The notes: generated by a model from the sequence alone, not told the origin. A stretch of DNA of 64,000 bases from Dehalococcoidia bacterium (GCA_965242615.1 CBDESR010000005.1:646854-710853); one strand, 5' to 3'; shown: positions 32,973 to 42,895, numbered from the stretch's first letter. Program-made: numbers and translations.

Positions 32973-34004
32973 TCAAGAAAGGGCTGCGAATGGGGCCAAG
33001 TGGGCTTCCGGGTCGAACCGGTAGCGCCGCCAGTGGTCGGCATACAGTAAGTTGAGGGCTTCGCGCCAAGCCGTCCGCCGAGCGGCTAAATCGGGCAAGG
33101 CGCGGTTACGGGTTTGCAAAGCGTCGCGATAGGCGGTGAAATCCTGGCGGAAATCGGCAAAGTCCGGGTAATTCCGCTGCTTGACGCGGGTTAGCAAGGG
33201 CAGCGCGGCGTCTTGAACGGCGGCCGGGGTAGCCGCGCTTTGCAAGTTGCGCGCCATTTCGTCCAGTTCCTGCTCAAAATTGACCACCGGGCGCAGACCG
33301 TAGGGGTCGCGGTAGCCGTCGCCGGCGGCCGGCGGTTCCGCCGGGGTAGTGTAGAACTTGAGCATTTCCAGATAGAAGTCATGGATGTCCTGCGGCCCCC
33401 GGCCGACCGGGGTGCGGTCGTTGTCCGGGGTCAGCAGGGCGCCGGCGTCGATGATGTCGATACTGGCGTCAGCCGGCTGAAAGAATACATTTTGCGGCCC
33501 CAAGTCCAGCAGCACATAGCCGGCTTGGTAAAGCTGTTCCTGCACATCCAACAACTGCCGCTGCACCGGGAAAGGGTCAGCGGTGTCTTGCCAAGCCAGG
33601 GGGTAGAGACAGAACAGGTTCTGCCCCAAGCCGATGGGGACGCGCAGGATGCGGGAGCGGGGGTCGCCGACCAGGGGAATGCCGGCGGCCCGGGCGGCGA
33701 CGATTACCCGATATTCCTGTCCCAGGTCATCGCCAAAGTAGGCATCGTGGTTAGCCCGTTCCGTGTAGCCGAGGATAGGGGAAAGTTGGGGAATAGCGGC
33801 GCCCAAGTCGGCGTGAAACTGCAAGATGCGGTCAGTGCGGGTTTCAACGGCGGCGTACATCCGGCGGGAAATCATTTGGGGTACCGGGCGTTTCAGCACA
33901 ACCGGCTGACCGGTCTCCCGGTCGCGGGCGGCGCGCACTTCGTAGTCGGCGCCGCTGCCGAGGAGGCCGGTTAGTTCGTAGCGGTTGAGGTTGACTTGCT
34001 CCAT
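32973..34004 (-). CDS. Atypical Ser/Thr kinase-like protein
   Basis: Gly-loop LGSGADYEV, VVLKRP lysine, catalytic-loop-like LLDLGPQNVFF (G in place of the usual K), and IIDAG in the DFG position. Confidence 0.6.
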   Translation of the reverse strand: MEQVNLNRYELTGLLGSGADYEVRAARDRETGQPVVLKRPVPQMISRRMYAAVETRTDRILQFHADLGAAIPQLSPILGYTERANHDAYFGDDLGQEYRVIVAARAAGIPLVGDPRSRILRVPIGLGQNLFCLYPLAWQDTADPFPVQRQLLDVQEQLYQAGYVLLDLGPQNVFFQPADASIDIIDAGALLTPDNDRTPVGRGPQDIHDFYLEMLKFYTTPAEPPAAGDGYRDPYGLRPVVNFEQELDEMARNLQSAATPAAVQDAALPLLTRVKQRNYPDFADFRQDFTAYRDALQTRNRALPDLAARRTAWREALNLLYADHWRRYRFDPEAHLAPFAALS

Positions 34005-34073
34005 AGGATTGTGCCTTTGGGTAAGAAAGGATGAAGTCGGTAGTATATTAGCCCGAACTACGCTCGGTGTCTA

Positions 34074-34943
34074 TTATCCTGCCCGACAAGCCAAAGTTAC
34101 CCAGTCCTCTTTGGGCCAGACTGTTAAATCCGTAAAGCCGGTGGCTTGCAGGGCGGCCGCGGTTTCCTGATGTTGCTCCTGAATGATGCCGGAGGCGATA
34201 AGTCGGCCGCCGGGACGAAGGGCGGCTAGCAGGTCGGCGGCCCGTTCCCGGACGCCGCGGGCGGAGATGTTAGCCAATGCCAAGTCAAAGGCGGCCGCCG
34301 GGGCGATGGGATGCGGCAGACTGCCTTGGGCCAGGTCAACCTGCGGGCGAATGCCGAGGCGGCGGAAGTTCTGCTTGGCGGCTTGAATCGCTTGAGCGTC
34401 GATGTCCAGGGCGGCCACCCGGGCCGCGCCCAGTTTGAGGGCGGCAATGGTCAGGATGCCGGAGCCGACGCCCAAGTCTAAAACGGTCATTCCCGGCTTG
34501 GTCATCTGCTCCATAGCTTGCAGGCAGGTGTAGGTGGTGGGATGGTAGCCGGTACCAAAAGCCAAGCCGGGGTCGAGTTCAATGACCAGTTCGCCATCGG
34601 CCGCCGCGTAGTCAATCCAGGAGGGTTTGATGACCAGCCGCTGTCCGATTTTCAGCAGGTTGAAGTGGGACTTCCAGGCGTTTTGCCAGTCGGCATCATT
34701 GTCCAGGGGGGCGGCGGTCAGTTCGCCGATGGGTTCGATGATATTGGTCAGTTTGACGACGATATCGATCTGGGCGTAGCGTTGGCGGGCGTCGCTGGGC
34801 AGGTAGGTGCGGAGTTTGATGCGGTCGATGCCGTCATCCTCCAGCGTCAAGCCGTAGCCGTAACGCTCGAAGGCGGCGGATATGGGTTCAACATACTCGA
34901 AAGGTACGCTGATGCTGATTTCCTGCCACATACGATAAGTCAA
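34074..34943 (-). CDS. prmA: Ribosomal protein L11 methyltransferase
   Basis: W..HF....IG.RLVIKPSW, VLDLGVGSGILTIAALKLGA..V.ALDID. Downstream of dnaJ, the usual arrangement. Confidence 0.85.
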   Translation of the reverse strand: MTYRMWQEISISVPFEYVEPISAAFERYGYGLTLEDDGIDRIKLRTYLPSDARQRYAQIDIVVKLTNIIEPIGELTAAPLDNDADWQNAWKSHFNLLKIGQRLVIKPSWIDYAAADGELVIELDPGLAFGTGYHPTTYTCLQAMEQMTKPGMTVLDLGVGSGILTIAALKLGAARVAALDIDAQAIQAAKQNFRRLGIRPQVDLAQGSLPHPIAPAAAFDLALANISARGVRERAADLLAALRPGGRLIASGIIQEQHQETAAALQATGFTDLTVWPKEDWVTLACRAG

Positions 34944-34952
34944 CCAGCCGGT

Positions 34953-36137
34953 CTAGCCCAGGGCTTCCTTGATGCGTCCAAAGATGCCTTTGTCTTTATC
35001 CTTGCCGTCGTCGGTTTCGGCGGCGGTGGGTTCGGGGGCGTCCGCGGCGGTTTCGGACTTGGGGTTAAAGTCCGGGTCGAAGGTCTGGGCCAATTCCTGC
35101 AACAGCTGCCGTTGCCGTTTGTTCAGTTTTTGGGGAACCTGCACAGCGGCAAAGACGCGCAGGTCGCCCTTGCGCCCGTTGTTGACATGGGCAATGCCTT
35201 TGCCGCGGATGCGAAACTCGGCGCCGGGCTGGGTGCCTTGGGGTATTTTGTAAGGTATAGTATCCCCTTCTAAAGTGGGGATTTCCTTTTCGACGCCCAA
35301 GGCCGCCTCGGCCAGGTTCAGCGGCAATTCATAGAGCAGGTCGTACTCGTCGCGCTCAAACCGGGCATGGGGGCGGACGGCTACCTGAATGTAAAGATTG
35401 CCCGGGGGGCCGCCATTGCTGCCGGCGTCGCCCTTGCCGGTGAGACGGACTTGCATCCCGTGCTGGATGCCGGCGGGGATGTTAATGGCCGTGGGGCGGG
35501 CGCGCCGCTCCCGGCCGCCGCCGCGGCAAGTAAAACAGGGAGTTTCGATGATGTTGCCGCGGCCCTGGCAGGCGGGGCAAGCGGTAACTTGAGCAAACTG
35601 CCCGAACAGGCTGCGCTGGGTGCGGCGCACTTGACCGTTGCCGCCGCAGGTGTCGCAGGAGTGGACGGCAGTGCCGGGTTCACTGCCGTTGCCGGAACAG
35701 TGATGGCAGATTTCGATGCGGGAAACTTCCACTTCCCGCTCCACGCCAAAGGCGGCTTCCTCGAAAGTGAGGGTGAGCCGTTGCTGCACATCGCCGCCGC
35801 GTTGGGGGGAACGGGCGCGGCGGCCGCCGCCATCGCCAAAAAAGGAATCGAAAATATCGCCGAAGCCGCCAAAGACATCAAAGCCGTCAAAGGGGCGGTC
35901 GAAGCCGCCGCCGGCATTAACCCCGGCGTGGCCGAAGCGGTCGTATTGAGCGCGCTTTTTGGCGTCGGACAAAACCTGATAGGCTTCGTTGACTTCCTTG
36001 AACTTGTCCTCGGCCCCGGGGTCTTTGTTGCGGTCGGGGTGAAACTCCATCGCCTTGCGGCGGAAGGCTTTGCGAATCTCCTCCTCGGAATCGCGGCGGG
36101 AGACGCCCAGAACTTCGTAGTAATCGGTTGGCGGCAT
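34953..36137 (-). CDS. dnaJ: Molecular chaperone DnaJ
   Basis: J domain DYYEVLGVSRRDSEEEIRKAFRRKAMEFHPDRN. Four CxxCxGxG zinc-finger repeats. I chose ATG 36137 rather than the longer ORF. Confidence 0.95.
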   Translation of the reverse strand: MPPTDYYEVLGVSRRDSEEEIRKAFRRKAMEFHPDRNKDPGAEDKFKEVNEAYQVLSDAKKRAQYDRFGHAGVNAGGGFDRPFDGFDVFGGFGDIFDSFFGDGGGRRARSPQRGGDVQQRLTLTFEEAAFGVEREVEVSRIEICHHCSGNGSEPGTAVHSCDTCGGNGQVRRTQRSLFGQFAQVTACPACQGRGNIIETPCFTCRGGGRERRARPTAINIPAGIQHGMQVRLTGKGDAGSNGGPPGNLYIQVAVRPHARFERDEYDLLYELPLNLAEAALGVEKEIPTLEGDTIPYKIPQGTQPGAEFRIRGKGIAHVNNGRKGDLRVFAAVQVPQKLNKRQRQLLQELAQTFDPDFNPKSETAADAPEPTAAETDDGKDKDKGIFGRIKEALG

Positions 36138-36234
36138 AGCAAATTCGTCCGATGCTGGGTAGGCCGCCCGGCGGGCCGGGACAGCAACGGGAACTATTAT
36201 AATGCAATATCCGGAATTGCTCAATATGCGCGGA

Positions 36235-36264
36235 TTGCCCCAACCGTCCGAATCCTTATATAAT
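36235..36264 (+). promoter_or_regulatory. Sigma70-like promoter for the 915-aa MTase gene
   Basis: TTGCCC (36235-36240), 18-nt spacer, TATAAT (36259-36264). GGAGG sits 7 nt before ATG 36283. Confidence 0.45.
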
Positions 36265-36282
36265 GGCGAAGGAGGTTCGGCG

Positions 36283-39030
36283 ATGGCGACGCGGGAATGG
36301 GAAAGCACGTTGAATATACGGCTGGCGGCGGCGCTGCGCAGCTGGGGGCTGGACGCCCGGCCGGAGGTGATGCACCCCGGCAACCGGCGCATCGATGTGG
36401 AGGTTCACATTGGGCCGGCGCTGATTGCGGTGGAAGCGGAACACGGCCAATCCCCGGGCAAGCGGGCCGATGCGATTCGGGATGCCGAGGCCCGGCTGGA
36501 GCAGGGTTTGGCGCAGTGTGCGGTGGCGGTGTGCTATCCCGACGGCACTACTGAGGGGTCGCTGCCGGATACGCAATTGATTTGGACGGTGCGGGACGGG
36601 AGCGGCAATGCGCCCAATTGGGTTGAGGGCAACATTGAGCGGTTGGCGGCGGTCATCCGCCTGGCTCCGGCGCAGTTGGGCAATCCGGACTATGTGGCGG
36701 CCGCTTTATCCAGCAGTTTGGACGGGGCGGTGTTGCGGCTCACTGAAACCCAGAAACGGCTGCTGGCCCGCGCCCTCGACTTGCCGCAGCAGACCCGCAA
36801 CGGGCGGCCGGTTCGCAATCCGTGGGACGCTCCGGCCAAGCGCGCCTTGCTGGTAGTAGCCACTGCCGTGATGTTCCACTCCTGCCTCGATGTTCACCTG
36901 AAAGCCCTGCGCCCGGAACAGGATAATCGGCAAAATCCGCCGCAATCCTTTGCCGACGACTGGCCGCCGTTGACCGCCCGCCGCTGCGCCGAATCTGATG
37001 CGCCCATCCAGAACTTTCGGGATGCTTGGAACCTGATTCTGGCTCTGGACTACAAGCCCATCTTTCAGACCGGACGGGCCGCCCTGGGCGCGGTTCCCCT
37101 TGACCCGGCTTTTGCCGCCGCCATTCACGACACGGCCCGGGCGGCCCTGGTAGTGTCGGAAAACATTGCCAGCCTGCGCCACGACCTGCTGGGCCGCATC
37201 TTTCATACCGTCCTGGATTCGGCCCGCTACGACGGTTCCTTTTACACCACCACCCCGGCGGCTACTTTGCTGGCGTCTCTGGCGATTACCGAGGCTATGT
37301 GCGACTGGTCGGACCCGGCGGCCATTGCCCAGCTGCGGATTACCGACCCGGCTTGCGGCACCGGAACTTTGCTGATGGCGGCGGCGGAACGCATCCGGGA
37401 TCTTAACCCGCAGCTGCGGGATGACCCGGCCTTGGCGGCGGCGCTGATTGAGCGGGTGTTGGCCGGCTACGATGTGAACCTGACCGCGACCCACATGGCG
37501 GCGACTACTCTGGGATTGCTGTCGCCGACTACCCAATTCCAGAAAATGAAAATCTGGCGCAGTCTGTTGGGAGTGGACGCGGATGGCGTAGCGCACTTGG
37601 GGTCGTTGGAGTTTCTGGACCAGAAGCCGATGTTGATGCCTTGGCCCAACGGCGCGGCGGCCACTACCCAAGTCAACGGCGATGCGGCGGCGGCTATGGC
37701 GGAGTCGGCGGATGTGATAATTATGAACCCGCCCTTTACCCGAGACAGCCTGCGGCATGACCAGTTCAACCGGGAGGATGAAAAGAAACTTAAAGACCGG
37801 GAAAAGGAGCTGTTCGCCGACAAACCGGTGCATCTTTCCGCCAACGGCGGGGCTTTCCTGTTCTTGGCGGAAAGTCTCTGCAAGGCTGACTCCGGCGTCA
37901 TAGCTACAGTTCTGCCTTTGATGGCGGCTACGGCTAATTCCGGCCAAGGAATCCGGTGTCACTTGGCGAGCAAATTTCACATTGAAACCATCGTAACTTC
38001 CCACGACCAGGAACGGATTTACTTTTCCGAAAACACTACCATCGGCGAGATGCTGCTGGTGTGTCGGCGGTGGGATAAGAAAAAGGGTCAAAAGCCGCCG
38101 ACGCGCGTGGTCAACTTGGCAAGAAATCCGGCTACGCCGGCCGATGCCTACAATGTGGCTGTTGCCATTGCTGACGGCCGCGCCTTTCAGCAGGGCTATG
38201 GCACGGTTCAGGAATGGCCGGAGCCGCTGATTGCGGCCGGCGATTGGGGCGCGGTGCAGTTTCTGTCCCCGTATTTGTGCGGCCGGTTTCAAGCCCTGAA
38301 AGGCGGAGAGTTACTTCCTGTTATCGAATTGGGCCAAGTGGCTCAGGTCGGGCCGGAGGGGCGGCGGATTCGGGACGCTTTTACCCGTTCCGAGCTGCCG
38401 GGAGACGAAGGTATGACCGCCTTGTGGGAACATAACACTGATGATACCCAAAGTATGGCGGCCAAGACGGACAGCCATATCATACCTAAACCGCCGCGAG
38501 CGCACTTGGCGGCCAATTACTGGCAGCAGCGCAGTCATTTCCTGTTGCCCAACCGTCTGCGACTCAACACGGTTCGCGCCCTGAGCGTGCGGTTAGAGCT
38601 GCCGGTGGTAGGTTCATCCTGGTCGCCGTGCAACTTCGCGGGGCCGGCCCAAGAGCGGGAGAATTGGGAGAAAGCGGTTTGCGTCTATTTCAACTCGTCT
38701 TTGGGCGTGCTGGCAATGTTGGGGAATCGCTCGAACCGGGTACCGTCCTACCCCCGCTTTTCCATCGACGATATGCGGAAATTGCCGGTGCCGGATTTTG
38801 CCGCCATTGGCGAGCAAGCGGTAGCCGGGTTGGCGGCGGCTTATGATGAGTATGCCGATGCGGTGTTGCTGCCGTTGCCGCAGTTGAATGACTGCCCGAC
38901 GCGGCAAGGGTTGGATGCGGCGGTTATTGCCGCCTTGGGCTTGGATGGGGAGTTGGTGGCCAATATCCGCCGGCAGTTGGCGATGGAGCCGTCGGTGACC
39001 GGGCAGCGGTATGCCGGGTTTGAGCGGTAG
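36283..39030 (+). CDS. MmeI-like (Type IIL/IIG-like) single-chain enzyme: small N-terminal PD-(D/E)xK-like domain + N6-adenine DNA methyltransferase + C-terminal TRD-like region (915 aa)
   Basis: N-terminus RIDVEVHIGPALIAVEAEHG. MTase motif I TDPACGTGTLLMAA and motif IV NPPF (VIIMNPPFTRDS). From the helical pre-MTase region to the C-terminus it is collinear with residues about 1000-1754 of the 489-5753 product (PPTRVVNL / PPTRFINL, IAAGDWG / IAAGDWT). Confidence 0.75.
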   Translation: MATREWESTLNIRLAAALRSWGLDARPEVMHPGNRRIDVEVHIGPALIAVEAEHGQSPGKRADAIRDAEARLEQGLAQCAVAVCYPDGTTEGSLPDTQLIWTVRDGSGNAPNWVEGNIERLAAVIRLAPAQLGNPDYVAAALSSSLDGAVLRLTETQKRLLARALDLPQQTRNGRPVRNPWDAPAKRALLVVATAVMFHSCLDVHLKALRPEQDNRQNPPQSFADDWPPLTARRCAESDAPIQNFRDAWNLILALDYKPIFQTGRAALGAVPLDPAFAAAIHDTARAALVVSENIASLRHDLLGRIFHTVLDSARYDGSFYTTTPAATLLASLAITEAMCDWSDPAAIAQLRITDPACGTGTLLMAAAERIRDLNPQLRDDPALAAALIERVLAGYDVNLTATHMAATTLGLLSPTTQFQKMKIWRSLLGVDADGVAHLGSLEFLDQKPMLMPWPNGAAATTQVNGDAAAAMAESADVIIMNPPFTRDSLRHDQFNREDEKKLKDREKELFADKPVHLSANGGAFLFLAESLCKADSGVIATVLPLMAATANSGQGIRCHLASKFHIETIVTSHDQERIYFSENTTIGEMLLVCRRWDKKKGQKPPTRVVNLARNPATPADAYNVAVAIADGRAFQQGYGTVQEWPEPLIAAGDWGAVQFLSPYLCGRFQALKGGELLPVIELGQVAQVGPEGRRIRDAFTRSELPGDEGMTALWEHNTDDTQSMAAKTDSHIIPKPPRAHLAANYWQQRSHFLLPNRLRLNTVRALSVRLELPVVGSSWSPCNFAGPAQERENWEKAVCVYFNSSLGVLAMLGNRSNRVPSYPRFSIDDMRKLPVPDFAAIGEQAVAGLAAAYDEYADAVLLPLPQLNDCPTRQGLDAAVIAALGLDGELVANIRRQLAMEPSVTGQRYAGFER

Positions 39031-39053
39031 GTGGCTGCCTTTCCGCTGCCCCC

Positions 39054-39081
39054 TTGCCGCCGTTGAAAATCGTAGTATAAT
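39054..39081 (+). promoter_or_regulatory. Sigma70-like promoter for the SBP56 gene
   Basis: TTGCCG, 16-nt spacer, TATAAT. GAAGGAG lies before ATG 39139. Confidence 0.4.
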
Positions 39082-39138
39082 CAACCATACTTATAGCCCT
39101 AGTAACCAGACCTTATATCTAACTGAAGGAGTTACCTG

Positions 39139-40518
39139 ATGGCTTTGCTTACCCCCGACCCTACTTTTTACCCGTCGCCGCGGCTGGCCAGCGCCGCGCC
39201 CCCGGAACGCCTGGGCTATGTGGCGGTGCTGAACACCAACGGGCAGCCGGACGCGATGTCGGTAGTGGATTTGGACCCGGCCTCGGCGAACTACGGCAGC
39301 ATCGTCAACAGCCTGCCGATGCCCAATGTGGGGGACGAACTGCACCACTTCGGCTGGAACGCGTGCAGCGCCTCCCTGTGTCCCTACGCCCCCCATCCCC
39401 ATTTGGAGCGGCGTTACCTGATTGTGCCGACCCTGCGGACTTCCCGGCTGTATGTCCTTGATACCAAGCCGGATCCGTACCAGCCGCAACTGGTCAAGAC
39501 CGTCGAGTCCGATGTTTTCGCGGAGCGCACCGGCTACAGCCGCCTGCACACCGTCCACTGCGGCCCGGACGCCATCTATCTGAACGGCATTGGCGCGGCC
39601 GACGGGGGACTGCCCGGCGGCATTCTGCGAATTGACCACAACACCTTTGAGCCGCTGGGCCGCTGGGAACTGGAGCGCGGCCCGCAGACCATGGCCTACG
39701 ACTTCTGGTGGCACATGGGGCTGGATGTGGCGGTGACCAGCGAGTGGGGCTCGCCGGATATGTTCGAGAACGGCCCGGTGCTGGAGCATATCGTCAACGG
39801 CAACTACGGCCACAAGATTCACTTCTGGGACTTGCGCCGCCGCCGCCATTTGCAAGAGGTGGATTTGGGCAAGGAGAACCAGATGGTGCTGGAACTGCGC
39901 CCGGCCCATAATCCGACCAAGCATTACGGGTTTGTCGGCGTAGTAGTCAACTCCACTAACCTGTCGTCGTCGGTCTGGACTTGGTATCAGCAGGATGGCA
40001 AGTGGGCGGTGACCAAGGTCATCGAAGTGCCGGCGGAACCGGCCGATGCCTCCCTGCTGCCGGAAGCTCTGAAACCCTTGGGCGCGGTGCCGCCGTTGGT
40101 TACTGATTTGGATTTGTCCCTGGATGACCGGTTCCTCTATGTATCCTGCTGGGGTACCGGGGAACTGCGGCAGTATGATGTTTCCGACCCCTTTAACGCG
40201 AAACTGACCGGGGTAGTGCAGTTGGGCGGCATTGTCCGCAAGGCCGCGCATCCCAAGTCCGGGCCGCTGCTGGGGGCGCCGCAGATGGTGGAAATCAGCC
40301 GGGACGGCCGGCGGGTCTATCCCACCAACTCCTTGTACAGTTCCTGGGATGACATTTTCTATCCGGGCATTACCGGGTGGATGACCAAGATAAATGTCGA
40401 CCCCAACGGCGGGATGAGCCTGGACGCGGACTTTTTCGTGGACTTTGGCGAAGGCCGGGCCCACCAGGTGCGGTTGGAGGGCGGCGACGCCTCCTCCGAC
40501 TCTTTCTGCTACCCCTAG
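39139..40518 (+). CDS. Selenium-binding protein SBP56 family (methanethiol-oxidase-like)
   Basis: DPTFYPSP..A...PPE.L.YV..L... MSVVD.DP.S..YG.IV, GDELHHFGWNACSS-like, RRYLIVP.LRSSR.YVLDTKPDP. Confidence 0.8.
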   Translation: MALLTPDPTFYPSPRLASAAPPERLGYVAVLNTNGQPDAMSVVDLDPASANYGSIVNSLPMPNVGDELHHFGWNACSASLCPYAPHPHLERRYLIVPTLRTSRLYVLDTKPDPYQPQLVKTVESDVFAERTGYSRLHTVHCGPDAIYLNGIGAADGGLPGGILRIDHNTFEPLGRWELERGPQTMAYDFWWHMGLDVAVTSEWGSPDMFENGPVLEHIVNGNYGHKIHFWDLRRRRHLQEVDLGKENQMVLELRPAHNPTKHYGFVGVVVNSTNLSSSVWTWYQQDGKWAVTKVIEVPAEPADASLLPEALKPLGAVPPLVTDLDLSLDDRFLYVSCWGTGELRQYDVSDPFNAKLTGVVQLGGIVRKAAHPKSGPLLGAPQMVEISRDGRRVYPTNSLYSSWDDIFYPGITGWMTKINVDPNGGMSLDADFFVDFGEGRAHQVRLEGGDASSDSFCYP

Positions 40519-40533
40519 CCGGCGGCCGGCCGG

Positions 40534-41244
40534 ATGCTGCTTGCCCTGTCGGTTCACGCTGAACCTGCCGCCCTGGCGTCGCTGGGCCCCTTGCTGGGCT
40601 TGGCGGCCTTGGGCGCTTTTCACGGAATAAATCCGGGAATGGGCTGGCTTTTTGCCGTGGCCCTGGGCTTGCAGCAGCAGAACGGGCGGGCCATCGGCAG
40701 CGCGCTGCTGTTCATCGCCATCGGACACGCCGCATCCTTGGCGGCGGTGGCGGTTTTGCTGGCGGCCTTGGGTTCTTTTGTCCCCTTGGGCTGGGTGCAG
40801 TTGGCCGCCGGGGCCTCCTTGCTGCTGTTCGGCGCGTACAAGCTAATCCTCTACTACCGCCATCCCCGCTGGGTCGGGATGAAAGTCAACGGCCGGGATT
40901 TGATTGCCTGGTCTTTCCTGATGGCGACTTCCCACGGGGCCGGGCTGATGTTGGCGCCGATTATTCTGAACCTGGAGCCGGCCGGCGGCGCGGCGGCGGT
41001 GGATTTGGCCCATCACGCCGGCTATCTGGATCTTACCGACACGGCGGCGGCCTGGGGCATCGGCTTGGCAGTGCATACGGCGGCGATGCTGCTGATAATG
41101 GCGGCCATTGCCGGGGTAGTCTATAAGAAAGTGGGCTTGGCCTTCCTGCGGCGGGGCTGGCTGAATATGGATTTGCTGTGGGCGGCCGCGCTGTTTATCG
41201 CCGGCGGGATAACTTTGGGGCTGGTTTTGTGGGCGGGCATATAA
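40534..41244 (+). CDS. Hypothetical polytopic membrane protein
   Basis: About 6 hydrophobic segments, FHGINPGMGWLFAVALG. Sits 15 nt after the SBP56 gene. Family not recognised. Confidence 0.55.
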   Translation: MLLALSVHAEPAALASLGPLLGLAALGAFHGINPGMGWLFAVALGLQQQNGRAIGSALLFIAIGHAASLAAVAVLLAALGSFVPLGWVQLAAGASLLLFGAYKLILYYRHPRWVGMKVNGRDLIAWSFLMATSHGAGLMLAPIILNLEPAGGAAAVDLAHHAGYLDLTDTAAAWGIGLAVHTAAMLLIMAAIAGVVYKKVGLAFLRRGWLNMDLLWAAALFIAGGITLGLVLWAGI

Positions 41245-41265
41245 CATATAAGCGGAGAGGAGACG

Positions 41266-41493
41266 ATGCGGCGTAAGGTGTTGACTTCGCTGCCCGACCG
41301 CCTGTACGCGGATCTGGTGGTAACTTTTGCAGACCAGCTGCGCGAGCCGCCCCGGCGGGGGCAAGAGGTAGAGTTTGACGGGGTCATTTTTTGGCTGAAC
41401 CGCAAAGCTTGCCGGGATATTATTGCCCGGCAGAAGTTAAAGCAACCGAGCGAAAGTCGCCCGGGTGGTAGCCGGGAGCAAGCCCGGCGATGA
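41266..41493 (+). CDS. Hypothetical small protein (75 aa)
   Basis: ORF only. GGAGAGGAG lies upstream. Confidence 0.3.
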   Translation: MRRKVLTSLPDRLYADLVVTFADQLREPPRRGQEVEFDGVIFWLNRKACRDIIARQKLKQPSESRPGGSREQARR

Positions 41494-41761
41494 GTTGAGC
41501 CGCTAGTGGTCGGGCGGGAAAAGCCGGTACGGGCCGGGAGCCGGGCTGGGGAGTGAACCCGGCGGTTAACCGGATATTGCGGGTCCGGATACGCAGGATT
41601 TTCAAGCCTTAATCCCGGGTATCCGGCTTTTCTATACCGCAAATTTTCAATTCCGCTTCCGATTTGACCGGTCAACCGCCCTTGCCAAATCCCCCGGTAT
41701 CCGCTACCTTATTCCCCACACCCGGCATACTCCCAACTCGGCGCAACACCCGGAGGCGTTT

Positions 41762-42895
41762 ATGGGCTGGTCATCCCATCATCCCACCGGACTCATCCAC
41801 TACAACCCCCAGCACAGCTACCGGGGCTATACCCTGGTCGCTACCAACCGCGGCGGCAATTACGCCAATCTGGTCGATCCCGAGGGCCAAGTCTGCCACC
41901 GCTGGTATCACCCGGAAGGCATTACCTACGGCTATCTTTTGCCCAACGGCAACCTGCTCTTTCGCAGCCAGCCGCCGCGGCCCGGCTCCGGGGAAACGGA
42001 AATCGGCGGCGGGCAATCCCGTTCCCTGATTGAACTCTCCTGGGACGGCTCGGTAGTCTGGGAATACCGCAGCCCGGAGCTGTACCTGCACCACGACTTC
42101 GAGCGGCTGCCCAACGGCAATACTCTGATTCTGCTGTGGACGCCGATGCCGGCCGACTTGACCGCTCAAGTGCAGGGCGGCTTCCGTACCGACAAGGAAC
42201 CGGAGCAAATGTACGGCGATGTGGTTCAGGAAATCACCCCGGAGGGCGCTGTCGTGTGGCAGTGGAATTCGTGGGAGTTTCTCGATGTAACTGAGGACAT
42301 CATCTGCCCTCTGGAAGGCCGCAAGGAGTGGACGCACCAGAACGCCTTGAATGTTACTCCGGAGGGCGATTTGCTGGTCAGCTATCGCCAGACCAGCACC
42401 GTGGGCATTGTGGATAAAGGCAGCGGCGCTTTTCGCTGGAAGTGGGGCCCGGGGCAGGTCTTTCACCAGCACCATCCTACTTGGCTGAACAACGGGCGGG
42501 TAATGCTCTTTGACAACGGCTGCCATCGCCGCGGCGCGCCCAGCCATTCCCGCATTATCGAGGTTGACCCGGAAACCAACGAAATCGGCTGGGAGTATCA
42601 GGGGACGCCCAACATTTCCTTTTTCAGCTACAACATCAGCAGCGCGGAACGCCTGCCCAACGGCAATACCCTAATCTGCGAAGGCGCGCCCGGCCGCATT
42701 TTCGAGGTAACTCCCGGCGGCGAAATCGTCTGGGAATACATCAACCCTTTCTTTGGCGAATCGGTCAATGGCAGCGCACCGCTGAACGGCGTATTCCGCG
42801 CCCATCGCTACGGGCCCGACCATCCCGCCCTCCGCCATAAAGACCTTGACCCGGCCCGCCACGCCAACCTGAACCGCCTCTACGCCGGCGGCTGA
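41762..42895 (+). CDS. Arylsulfotransferase (ASST)-family beta-propeller protein
   Basis: GYTLVA....G..ANLVD.EG.V.H.W, LPNGNLL.., HHDFERLPNGNTLIL, ERLPNGNTLICEG. Confidence 0.65.
   Translation: MGWSSHHPTGLIHYNPQHSYRGYTLVATNRGGNYANLVDPEGQVCHRWYHPEGITYGYLLPNGNLLFRSQPPRPGSGETEIGGGQSRSLIELSWDGSVVWEYRSPELYLHHDFERLPNGNTLILLWTPMPADLTAQVQGGFRTDKEPEQMYGDVVQEITPEGAVVWQWNSWEFLDVTEDIICPLEGRKEWTHQNALNVTPEGDLLVSYRQTSTVGIVDKGSGAFRWKWGPGQVFHQHHPTWLNNGRVMLFDNGCHRRGAPSHSRIIEVDPETNEIGWEYQGTPNISFFSYNISSAERLPNGNTLICEGAPGRIFEVTPGGEIVWEYINPFFGESVNGSAPLNGVFRAHRYGPDHPALRHKDLDPARHANLNRLYAGG

Noticed and set aside
40534-41244. Assigning the membrane protein after SBP56 to a named transporter family (NicO, HupE/UreJ, TauE)
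   Set aside because: I could not find the diagnostic motifs of any of these families, so it is left as hypothetical.
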